Below, piece by piece: positions 36,573-47,300 of a DNA stretch of 64,000 bases. The notes beneath the pieces are model-generated. The model was not told the DNA's origin, did not search any database, and saw only the letters and a program-made list of their open reading frames with translations. Each line of letters opens with the position of its first letter. Position 1 is the first letter of the stretch. This DNA is from Marsupella aquatica (Eukaryota; Plantae; Marchantiophyta): positions 22,876,709-22,940,708 of the forward strand of contig OZ316894.1 of NCBI GenBank assembly GCA_973895155.1. Reading direction: 5' to 3'. The translations under genes were made by a program, and so were the position numbers.

Positions 36573-37643
36573 TCAGGCTTGGAAGTCCAGGACCGAGAAG
36601 ACCTTCCAACCTTCGCCCCCTGGTGCCTCCTGCTCGCTCTTCCGGTGGGAGCGCGGTGCCAATCTAACGGACCGAATCAAGCCCTTTGTCATGAGGTATC
36701 GTCTCTCCTTCTCAAGGGCTTTCAGTTTCCTTGACTGCCTCTCTCTGAGGCCTTCGGTGACCCAGAGTTCGTTTTTGGCATCCCTCAAATCTGCTTCCAG
36801 GGCGGCGATCTCGGTCTTTGCCATTTCCAGCTTCTCAGAGAGAGACTGGTACTGGCCCATTTGAGCATAAGAAGAGTCGGACTGTTGTGCTGGAGATTGT
36901 CCGACGTTCAAAGGCTTGAGGGCTTCGGCTATGAATTGGCCTTGTGCTTCAATTGTCGCCGTCAGAGTGGCAATTTGAGAGCGGTATCTGCGATCTTCCT
37001 CCACTGCTTCCGCTTCCAGATCCCCCAGCTGTACACACAGCCTCTCCTCGGCCTCGATCAATTGTCCGATCTGCCCCTTCGCTTCTTCCAGCTCCAGCGC
37101 TGCGGCCGCCTCCCTCTCCTTGCTCTGTCGGAGTAATCTCCCGAGCTCCTCAGTCCTCTCTTGTTCGGCTTTGGCGATTTCCAGAGCTTGCCGAAGTCTC
37201 CTCTCGAGGGATGCGATCGTGTAATCCTTAGCCATTGCAGCCCAAGTCATGGCTTCCATCTTCAGCTGCATGAGACTTTTGCTTTCTTCTTCATCTACTG
37301 CCACTAATGCTCCATCGTCGTGGGGATTAACCCTTGTAGACACAGACGTAATGCCGGACTCTCCTTGCTCCTCTGTGGATCCGCTCAGCAGTTGTGAGAT
37401 CTCCATAGCGGGCTTTGGATCTTCAGCGATCGGCTCGGGAGCTATTCGAGAGGCAAAATTCTGGACGACAGTTTCCGCTCTGGCTGCTGAGATTGCCCCC
37501 GATGCTCCTAGCGATGCACTCTTGCGTATTACCTTCGGACGCTGCGACAGCTTACCTAAGGCTGGCGATTGGCGAACCAAATCTTTCGAGTTTTGAGGAT
37601 AGAGAGGCACGAGCGGCTCTCTCATCTCGACTGCAGCGGCCAT
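36573..37643 (-). CDS. 356-aa coiled-coil protein containing an LSU (RESPONSE TO LOW SULFUR)-like core motif
   Basis: Long intronless ORF from ATG 37643 with extensive heptads. Segment IEAEERLCVQLGDLEAEAVEEDRRYRSQIATL matches the recalled LSU core EEAEE.LCSQL.ELE.E....AR.Y..RI..L. Confidence 0.8.
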   Translation of the reverse strand: MAAAVEMREPLVPLYPQNSKDLVRQSPALGKLSQRPKVIRKSASLGASGAISAARAETVVQNFASRIAPEPIAEDPKPAMEISQLLSGSTEEQGESGITSVSTRVNPHDDGALVAVDEEESKSLMQLKMEAMTWAAMAKDYTIASLERRLRQALEIAKAEQERTEELGRLLRQSKEREAAAALELEEAKGQIGQLIEAEERLCVQLGDLEAEAVEEDRRYRSQIATLTATIEAQGQFIAEALKPLNVGQSPAQQSDSSYAQMGQYQSLSEKLEMAKTEIAALEADLRDAKNELWVTEGLRERQSRKLKALEKERRYLMTKGLIRSVRLAPRSHRKSEQEAPGGEGWKVFSVLDFQA

Positions 37644-38264
37644 CGTCGCCAGCAAGGCCGTCTTAGACCGTTTTGACAGGGTCAGGAAACGGTACGAAAC
37701 GTACTTAATTCTGACCACCGGGTTAGATGTCTTGAGTATAACGAAATCAAGTCTCCAGTCTTCTACTTCGTTTTTGTCAGATCTCTACTGCAAGTCGAGA
37801 AATTTGTGTTCCTCGATCTCAGCGCGGAGAAACGAATTGGTGTACACTGATCTAACAACGCAGGGCTCCCGGTCTTAAACGTCGAACGAGGACCGCGGGC
37901 CGTTTTGCTTTTTGCTCCAAACAGTAGTAGCCAGACTCCTCAGGTAATCGTGTTCAATCTAGTACCAGAAAATAAGGCGAAAGTGATCAACAACTAAATA
38001 TTCCTCGTGTCAAACAGGAGACAGACAAGGGGGAAGGGCAACCCAGAATTGCTCTGCACACCGTGAAAGAGCTGAATATGCCGGGGTTTTGGCCAAAAGT
38101 GACACCACAAAGCCAAAATGGAACCACCAGATAGGCGAAATCGATGAGGGACAGAAGGAAACTATTGAATTCCCGACAGAGAAGGAAGAAATTTATGAGA
38201 AGAGTCTTACCCTCCAATTATGTAGTCGAGAGGAATGAGATGTGTGCTTAGCCGCGCAGCGCAA

Positions 38265-38272
38265 ATTTATAG
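38265..38272 (-). promoter_or_regulatory. Putative TATA box of the LSU-like gene, followed by a 5' UTR intron (37788-38210)
   Basis: CTATAAAT on the minus strand ~55 nt before a GG|GTAAGA donor. Acceptor CTTGCAG at 37788, upstream of ATG 37643. Confidence 0.5.
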
Positions 38273-39165
38273 TTCAGTATGCTGCGGGTATTTGAAACGA
38301 GGGAAGAAAACCTACCTACAAGCACAACACGCAAATCCCACAGACAATGATACTGTCTTCATGAGTTACCTCACCTTATATAATCCACCACCGTGTAGGC
38401 CCATTGAGGACCCGCGAAGTTACACGCACTCAGGACAGGGCGGACCAGAGTCAGGTGCGGCGCTCGCCGGAAGAATCGTGAGAAAGAAAGGCGGGCCCAG
38501 GGCAATGATATCCCCGTAACTGACGCTCTCGCGAAGCTTTCTGCACAGGCGCGCATAGGGATGGATTGCAAAAGCATCCTCGCCGGGTTCCTTCCCCAAT
38601 CCGGTACTCTTTCAACTCCATACCCAATCAACCACAGTACGCAATCATTCAGTCAATCGTAACTCGTCTGCTGTACATTCCTGTCGAAGTCGACGCACGT
38701 TGAATTGGGATCCCGGTAACGCTTGGGTACGTAAGCGCAGGCTTTGTAGACTAACTTGTAGTGTAGCGTTGTGGAGTATTACGTAGGACGGTACTACTAG
38801 GGGCGGAATTGACGGGGCCCGAGTCCCGACGCCATCGAAGCTCCCAACGAGAGCGATGGTCCGATGGAGATGAACACCACGAAGCTCGCACGAGGAGGGA
38901 GTCGGGACTAGGGGTCAGGTTCTACGAAATGTGAAAGGAAGGACGAAGGAAGGGGAGAAGGAAGCTAGGATGAAGGGACGAAGGAAGCCCGTCATGATAT
39001 TTCTCTTTGTACAAATCAAATATTTCTTGGCCCTTTGGTTGTTCCCCCTTGATTGGGTGTTTTGCCCGAGGGATCATGTGTCCTGTGTCCAGGTTGGGCG
39101 CCCTTTGTTTTTGGCAGTTTGAATTATATTATTTGTATAAAACTTAATGCCCACGGTTATATATG

Positions 39166-39640
39166 TCTGTGTGTTGCACAAAAGATGTTGAAGTGAGGAA
39201 AGGATGTCGAGGTGAAAAAAGATGTTAATGAAAGCAAAAGATGTCAAGGTGAAAGAAAGAAATCAAGGTGCGAAAAAGATGTCAAGGAGAGAAAAGAGCC
39301 TATGCGTTACACAAAAGATGTTGAGGCGAGAAAAGATATCGAGAGGAGGAAAAGATGTCGAGTTGAAAAAATATGTCGATGAGAGAGAAAGGTGTGAAGG
39401 TGAGGAAAGATGTCAAGGAGAGAGAAACATGGCAAGGGTGAGGGAAAAATGTTGTGATGTGATGAAGATATCAAGGTGAGAAAAAGATGGCGAGATGAGA
39501 AAAGATTTCGACAGTGAGAAAAAGATGGTGTGATGTGATAAAGATGTCAAGGTGAGAAAAGACCTTGAGGAAAGAAAAAGATGTTGAGTAGATAAAAGAT
39601 GCTCAGGTGAGATAAAGATGACAATGTGAGAAAGAGATTT
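39166..39640 (+). repeat. Minisatellite array of ~20 bp units (GAGGTGAGAAAAAGATGTC-like)
   Basis: About 23 degenerate units starting TTGCACAAAAAGATGTTGA. Confidence 0.85.
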
Positions 39641-41489
39641 GCTTCCAAGTAAGGCCTTATGACTATATATGGAAAATTTTGTAAGATAATCATGATTAAA
39701 AACCATAGAGAATTCTGTCACATTGGGTGTGAAAATCTCATCATTTTGACACAATATATTTATAAATATTTAGGTATATTTTTTAAATGTTTTGAGGTTT
39801 AAAAACACTAAATTTACTCTTTCCCCCTTTATCCTCTTTTCCCACATTCTAATATTTGTTACTATCCTAACTTTTATCTTTTCTTTTGTTTTTCTTTTAT
39901 TTCCCCCTCCCCCTTTTCTTGCTCCCCACCAGTTTCTCTCTACTCTCCCCAACAATTGCATAGCATTATATTTTTATGGGAGCATAATAATTGGTTGTAC
40001 ATTCTAGTACAACCCAAATTCATGGTACTTTGAAGTACATTAGTAAGTCTTATGTGCATGTACTGTGGGCATGTGTAAGGTGCCTTTTGTCCTATGTGCA
40101 TGTACTTTGGGCAAGTGTACCTTAAACATGCTAGTAGGCCTATTAGTGTTATTACACCTATTATTGTGAGACAGAAGAGATGATGATATGGGTTTGTGTG
40201 CATCTGATGGTGGGAAATAAATAATCAATTCAATGGACGATCAAGATTGTTTCCCGCCATTTCTGATTTTCATAAAGGGAGGAAGGACTAAATTAGGTGG
40301 GATGCAGTATTATAGTTGTAGATAAAGTGGATAAGTGCAGTGTGTATACGTGCATTTTGTGAGTAACTCCATGTCAGTCATGTAGTCCCCTAATATTACA
40401 ACATTTTTTGTTGTTGTAATATGCACCAAAAAATGCACCGTTTGTAAGTGCAGGTAGACATCACTAAATGACAAATATATAAGGGCATTTATGTCTACAA
40501 TCTGAGTCATTCATTAATCAATTATTGCAACACATATGCTAAAAGCATCTATTGATAAGTGCAATGTGCAGCTACATATGGTAGTTTCATGCACTTATCC
40601 AGTTGAATCGTGCGCTGCGAGGATTCCGATGCATACAACCTGCAGACAAGACACTTGCAACAGTGCATAAATGATTTCACATGCACTTATTGGAAAGTGC
40701 AGCATGCACATACTAAGGAGTGCATAAATGACTCCCATGTACTTATGGCATAGTGCATAAAGTGGATAAATGCAGGCTTCAGGTGTCTTCCCGGGAGCCT
40801 GCACTTAGACACATTAGACTATATTTCCCTTTGTGTTGTAACCCATAGGTTAGGTCAACATCCAAACCCTAGTTAGGGGATAATTAATGTAGTTACTATA
40901 ACTACCACTACATCTATATCTATATCTATATCTAGGGAGGTATTAGTAAACCCCCATGAATGGATGAACCTTGATTGTTGGTGTAATTGACATTTTTTCT
41001 CCCAAGAATTATCTCCATCTATCAACACTTTGTATATTGCAGTGCATTATTGCCAAGATTTGTATCACCTCTTGAGTAACATTGTATTGTACTTTTATGC
41101 GGAGTAGTTAAAGGAATAGACCGTATATTAATTGTATTTTACTCGGACTAGTGAAGTAATCCAAAATATGGCCAATAGTAGACTCAAGACTCAAGACAAC
41201 TTAGAGGCTCATAAAGCCTCCCGTACTCTTTCGTCGCCCACTGCCCACACCTGTCGCCTGTTTTTTTCATTATTCACATTTTTTCTAAGTGTGACTAGAG
41301 GTGAATGATCCCCATTTTGGGTGGGGTGAATGACAAAAGTTTGTCACTAGCAGCATTCAAACTGGAGACCTGCCTCATCCAATTGAGCTACTCTACCACC
41401 CAGCCTGGGGACAGTTAAGGTGTCCAGATTGATTTGCGCCCAGTATATAACTCGATATCACGACTGGGTAGCGGGCAGCCAGGTATGGG

Positions 41490-42505
41490 GCTAATCAATA
41501 GGTTGGTCCTTAATAATAGTAACCCCTCAAAACTTGAGCTGAAGGAAGGGACAAAGGAGTTGAGGACCAAGGGAGTAAGGAAACCAAGACAAAGCCACTC
41601 AGGGTGGCTTTAATGTGAGGGTGGCTTTAGAGAACTTAAAGTCCTAACTTCATGATTTTTCCCTCTGTATTTTTTAGGTGCATTTGGGCCAAGTTTGGAT
41701 CACCTCTTTAGGAGAGTCTAGTGTACTTTAAATTAATTTAGTGAATATCATTATGGGCAATAATATTTAGCCTTTCAAAACTCGATCTGAAGGCAGGGAC
41801 AAAGGAAATCAAGACTAAGCAACTGAGGAAGGCTTACCATGAGGCTGGCAGAACTTAATGCCATTTGTGATTTTTTTCTTTGTATATCTCAGTGCATTTC
41901 GTGTCAAGATTTTAATCACCTCGATAGGAAGATTCTGCTGTAATTTGATTTAAATTATAAAAAATAATCCAAAGCATTATGGGCAATAATAGCCCTCAAA
42001 ACTCTAGTTGAAGGAAGGGACAAAGAAAGCAAGTATGAAGGAAAGAATGAAGCCTTTGTGGGTGGCTTTAGAGAACTTAATGCCCTTCACAATTTTCCCT
42101 TTGTATTTTTTATGCATGTGGGTCAAGATTTGGATCACCACTCTAGGAAAATTCTACTCTTTTAATTTAAATTAGTGAAAGTAACCCAAAATATATATGG
42201 GCAATAATAGCCTTTCACAACTGGAGCTAATGAAGGGACCAAGGAAGCAAGGACAAAGGAAATCGAGACAAAGCCACTGAGGGTGGCTTTACAAAACTTA
42301 ATGCACAGTCACTCAAGATTTGGATGGGCTCAAGAAGAACCTTCTCCTCTGTTTTTACTAAAAGTAATGAAAATAAAAAATCTGGTCTGCCTGCACTAAG
42401 ATATGGATGGGCTCATTATGAAAATTTGCTCTTTTTACTACATGTAGTGAAAATAAATAATCTCTTTGGCCCTTGAGTTCATTACGGTCCTGTTACCAGC
42501 ATCCT
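41490..42505 (+). repeat. Degenerate tandem array (~220-245 bp unit, ~4 copies), same family as window positions ~100-330
   Basis: AATAGCCCCTCAAAACT...GAAGGGACAAAGG...CAAGATTTGGATCACCTCTCTAGGAAAATTCT recurs at ~41520, 41765, 41990 and 42205, and at ~190-325. Confidence 0.8.
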
Positions 42506-42549
42506 CCTTCGCACAAGGTGACATTTCCTTAAATCAAGGGGGTTTTTGT

Positions 42550-43800
42550 GGTCAGAAATCATTCTAGGCAATTTAGATAACCAATTTCCCTACCACCTTC
42601 ATCGTTCACTTAAGGTCATGCTGCCAAAAAATACCTTCAAAGTTTATGTTGGATGGGGTACTTGTCACATTTCTCACCAAAACTGGAATGCCAGTTCTTG
42701 ATGTTGGGGGTACTTCTCCAGTGTATCATACAACGGAAAATTCTATGCTGGAGGGTCACTTAGTCTTCTAATGATGGACTCTAGACCATAAATCTTTTGA
42801 AATGAATTTCAATAATTGCAAATGGCTTGAATGGTTATTGGGAAACTTATGGAAACTCTTTTAGTATAGCCCCCTGGGTCCCACTTTTAGATGTTGCCTG
42901 CCTGTCCATTTACATTTTTAGACAAGAAGAGAGTGACTTCCAATTTTCCCAAGTGTCAAGTTTTTGTGTGTAAAGGACTTTGGGAACCCCACTTTGGAAT
43001 GGGGATTTGTGCAAAATCTGGTCAACTTATGAAACATGAAGTAGGAACCTCATTTGTTGAAAAGAGTACTTCTTTTGCTGGGCTACACTTGCTAGGACAA
43101 CTAATGCCAAACATCTTCTTATGTGGATCTGGGTGCGGTGCCCTAGGTAGCATAAATGTAAAGGCACATCCCCTCATGTCTTCACCTTCTATGTGCAATG
43201 GGCATTATAGAATGGCGAAACCCCATGAGAAACTAGAAATGAGTTTCACAGGAATGCTAGTCTAGAATGAATTTGTAGGACCACTTCTTGTTCTAAAGAT
43301 AGACTTCCAACCAAATATATTTTGGAATGTAGTTCAATGAATGCAAATCAACCTTCAGTCTGGCTTCCTGCCCATTCAGTTTCCTTGCCGTGCCCAGTTG
43401 AAGTCCATTTGTGGATTTGTGTTTAATGTGGGGCAAAGTAGGGAAGGTGGGGAGCAACTTATGAGAGTGAGGACCAGTGTTTCTTTTAGTGTGGGGTCAA
43501 GTAGGGTTGAATGGGTGGGGAGTCACTTTATGGTAGGGCTGGGAGATATTTTAGTGTGGCGTTAAGCAGGGTTGGATCGCAAGTCATTGATGAAGCTGGG
43601 AGGTATGTTAAAGGTAAGGTGTCTCTAGGACATCTAATCCATATTGTACTATTGGAACTTCCAAAATTTAAGGAGAACCATTAGATCTGGCAACCAGGGT
43701 CTCAAACAGAAAAGGAACATGGTGAATTTGGTCTCAAAATTTTCCCCTTTGTTAGTAGCTAGTCCAATGACAATATCTTGCATTGACCACCGCAACCTAC
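42550..43800 (-). mobile_element. Decayed LINE (L1-like) ORF1 remnant
   Basis: Broken minus-strand frames give LRPWLPD...TIWIRCP and ARLKVDLHSLNYIPKYIWLEV, in the order expected for plant L1 ORF1 (DUF4283 region). Confidence 0.4.
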
Positions 43801-45032
43801 ATGGACCGTTTAAAATGTTACTTTGAACGCAAATAGTTTATTTCTTTTGTATAAATGACTTCTTTTTCTGTGCAATAGTATAAAATTACCAGGAATGAAT
43901 GATTGCACTGGGATATGGACGTGGGTCGTGCCTCCCAAAGGAAAATGCATGGTTACATTAATAGATGGACGTGGGCCTCATCTCCCCAAAACAAAAGCTG
44001 CCTCTTGCGGCCCCCCCCCCCCCCCCAACCCAATCCAAGAGGGAGGACCCAAGATTTTTCTCTTTCCACTCTACTCCCAGCTCAATTTATTCCAAGCAAG
44101 GTTGAATGGGCCTGCTGTCTTCCATCGAAAACAACACCCGGGCTTTGTATTCAAACCTCTTCATAAAACAGTGTTTTTGTGTTTCAAACACAATTATGCC
44201 CAGTCTACAAGAGAGCCCACGCCTTATTTGAATGTGGGCCTTGTGTTTGAGTAAGGGTGTTGTGTTAAGGAATGACCAAGTCCAACACTACTTTTCAATG
44301 AGACGGTAATTTTGGACTGGATCATTCTTCAGACATAACAACCTTACTCAAACTGGGACTCAGACACAAGGCCCTTTTCAATTTAAAGCCCTATCCTTTT
44401 CTCGATAAAAAAAACTATGCAAAAACAAATATGCATGGCCCAAACCGTATGACTAGAATTTCCCCAGGGATCACTATTGTGTACAAGGCTTTGGCCTTGT
44501 TTCCAGTGGAAGCGGTAGTGCCAAAAATACGTTTGGATGGAGCTGAGGCTGGCTTGATTAGATCGACTCTGAATGGGAGAAATTGGAGAATCAAGTGGTC
44601 AAATGAGAAGTGGGCCCGAGGTTATATAAAGTCAAGAATCAAGTCAAGAACTATAATACAAGGTCCTGGTCCTTAATAGAGTGGTCGTCTTTTGAATTTG
44701 CAGGGCCCAAACAATAAAAAAATCTAACAAAGAGAAGGAATAAACCAAAAACAAATTACATTTAGTGTGAAGGGAAAAAGTGACATACATTTCCAAGCAA
44801 GAAAAGTGGGCTGCCAATGCATGAGTCCTTTTGGTATCATCCATGCATAGGTATTTTTTCCTGTCTTTCAACTGTGCTTGGACTCTATGATGCAGTGGCC
44901 GCTATCTCATGTCTCAAATTTCTATGTGCAATGGATGAATTATTGAACACGACCACAAAAGTGTACGGCTGGGATCACACATAACATGTCTCAATAACTA
45001 CATCGTACAAAAGCTTATAATTTCCTGTCTGG

Positions 45033-45520
45033 TCTTGACATCTTTTCTCACCTTGACATATTTTTCTAATCTTCACATATTTATCTCACTTCAACATCTT
45101 TTCCTTGTCTTGCCATCTTTTTCTCATCTCACCATCTTTTCTCACATTGACATCTTTATCCTACCACAACATTTTATTCTCACCCTCAACATTTTTCTCT
45201 CACCCTCAACATTTATTATGTCCTTGACATTTATTCTCACCTTGACATCGTATATTTTTTCATCTTGCCATCTTTTTTGCACTTTGACATCTTTATCTCA
45301 CCACAACATCATTCCCTCATCCCCTATATTATTTGTCTCCTTGAAAATCATGTTTTCCTCATCTTTACATGTTTTCTCACCTTGCCATCTTTTCACTCCT
45401 GGACATGTTTTTCTCACCTCAACCTCTTTACCTCACCTTGGTAAGGTTTTCTCTCATCTACATCTTAATTTTTTCACCTCTACATCTTTTTCTCACCTCA
45501 ACATCTTTTGTGCAAGGCAC
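45033..45520 (-). repeat. Inverted copy of the 39.2-39.6 kb minisatellite array
   Basis: Units GACATCTTTTTCTCACCTT, ending TCAACATCTTTTGTGCAA, the reverse complement of the start of the left array. Confidence 0.85.
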
Positions 45521-45879
45521 AAGTATTGGGCTAGTAAAGTTATAAAGAGGTGACCATCATGACATCACAAGTTATTATTAGAATACTGTAGTCATGTTTA
45601 GTGAAGTCACACCTATCTCTTTGTGGATTGATAAATTGTTTTTTGTGTGATACCTATCAAATAGCTAGTAATAAAAGAGGAAGTTCTAAAGCCATAAACA
45701 CCAAAAGTATCTAAGACACGTTAAAAAATGCAATGCACCTGGTCCCCTTTTGAACATGTTGTATACCCAAACTTGAGTTACGCTAACTTGGTGTGATCCA
45801 TCCCTCACAAAATCCAACACATTGCTTTTTGCCTTGAAGACCAAAAGCAGGCCCATTCAACAGAGGATAGACTTCCTGC

Positions 45880-46160
45880 TCTGGAGCATGCCATTCTATG
45901 TAGGGTAGCCACAAGGGGATAATACCTAGGGATCCGACAGGGACCCAGACCAGGAGGGAGAGAGTGTTAAACCAACCAGGCAACCAGGGTCGCAAACCAG
46001 GCAACCAGGGGCTGAGAAGATAACCAATACTCCCACCACTACACCCCACCCACACACATATTCCCTCCACGCCTCTTGCGTGTGGAAGGGGGATTGAACT
46101 TGGAACCTCGGTTCCAGGCTGATCCCCTGGCCAACTGACCAAAGCCAGTTGGTTAGATCC
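45880..46160 (-). mobile_element. Putative tRNA-derived SINE
   Basis: Minus strand TTGGTCAGTTGG (A-box-like), then GAGGTTCCAAGTTCAATCCC (B-box-like) ~25 nt later, followed by a GC-rich body. Confidence 0.45.
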
Positions 46161-46549
46161 AACACATTTGGTCAAGAAAAACTGCTGCAGTTAAGTGTTT
46201 TTTTTTCACTTTTTGCAAACTTTTGGCAGGAAATACATTTTTGTTTAGGCAATAGTAAACGTCACTTTCCTTTAGGTACTTTTAGTTGGTCTTTTGGGTT
46301 ATCTGGGTCCCATTTACAGGACTTTGGTCGGACAAACTGTTTGATATTTCTTCTTTTTAGTTCTGACTTGTTACTTTCACCCATTATTTACACCCTTTCA
46401 TGCTGTTTGGATTCAACTTAAGTGAAGATGCTTTGACTAAAAGTTTCAAAGAGATCAGGTAAATAAATGAAGTTCAAATGTCAGAACACTATAATTCCTC
46501 AAGTTCTTATCCAGGGATGTTCTTGACAAAAGGAATCAAAACACCAACA

Positions 46550-47300
46550 TTCATTGGCTTGTGGCCATTCTGAGACTCCTGGCTTAATTGGACACGACAG
46601 GTCTTAGCTTACGCAAGGGTTTAAGGTACTGGCTTTTGAAAATGATTATAGAAAAGAGTGAGTGGGTTGTAAGGTTGAGTGTTTGCACGATGTCACCAGA
46701 CTTCTGGTTAGCCCTAACCCTTCTAAAAGTTCTAGTCCATATCCCATAACTAACAAATCCTTATGTATAGCCAGAGTGAAGCCCTGCAAGCTAATGCTTA
46801 CAATCTTAAGCCACCTCATCCACAAGGGCAAGAGTCCAGCTGGGGGACTTAAAGTTGTAAGCACACACTCAGGGAGGCTTTACTGAGCATACTTAATCAA
46901 ATAATTAATGCTACCATTTTTGAGATTATCATTCAAGATTTTGAAGTCTTAACATCTTATCTCACCCAGAAAATTACATGGAAGCTAAGTGGACTACATT
47001 ACAATCACAACAAAGGGACTGCCTCAGGACAGCATTGAACATCTCCAATGGTTTGGAGATTTTCACTCGCTATCTGGAAAGTTTACAGGTGCAATTCTCG
47101 GCTGGAATTTTGCCCATCCAGTGGTTAAAAGTGTATTTCCAAAAATAGACCCCAATTTTGCTAGCTATGATTGTGTTCAAACTGTCCCTGCTCACATCAC
47201 GCAAGCTGTGTGGAAGGCAAAAACCAGTTCATCTCTTTGGGGGATGGGAAAGTGGGCTGTACTAGCTGCCGCTTTTGATGGCAAATGTGGAGGTCGAGTG
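46550..47300 (+). mobile_element. Decayed LINE ORF2 C-terminal remnant
   Basis: DSIEHLQW...ILGW...ITQAVWKAK resembles the zf-RVT region pattern E(S/T)..HL.W.C...IWK.RN. Confidence 0.35.

Noticed and set aside
39222-45553. ORFs 39222-39479, 39413-39754 and 45035-45553
   Set aside because: Low-complexity translations of the 20-bp minisatellite arms.
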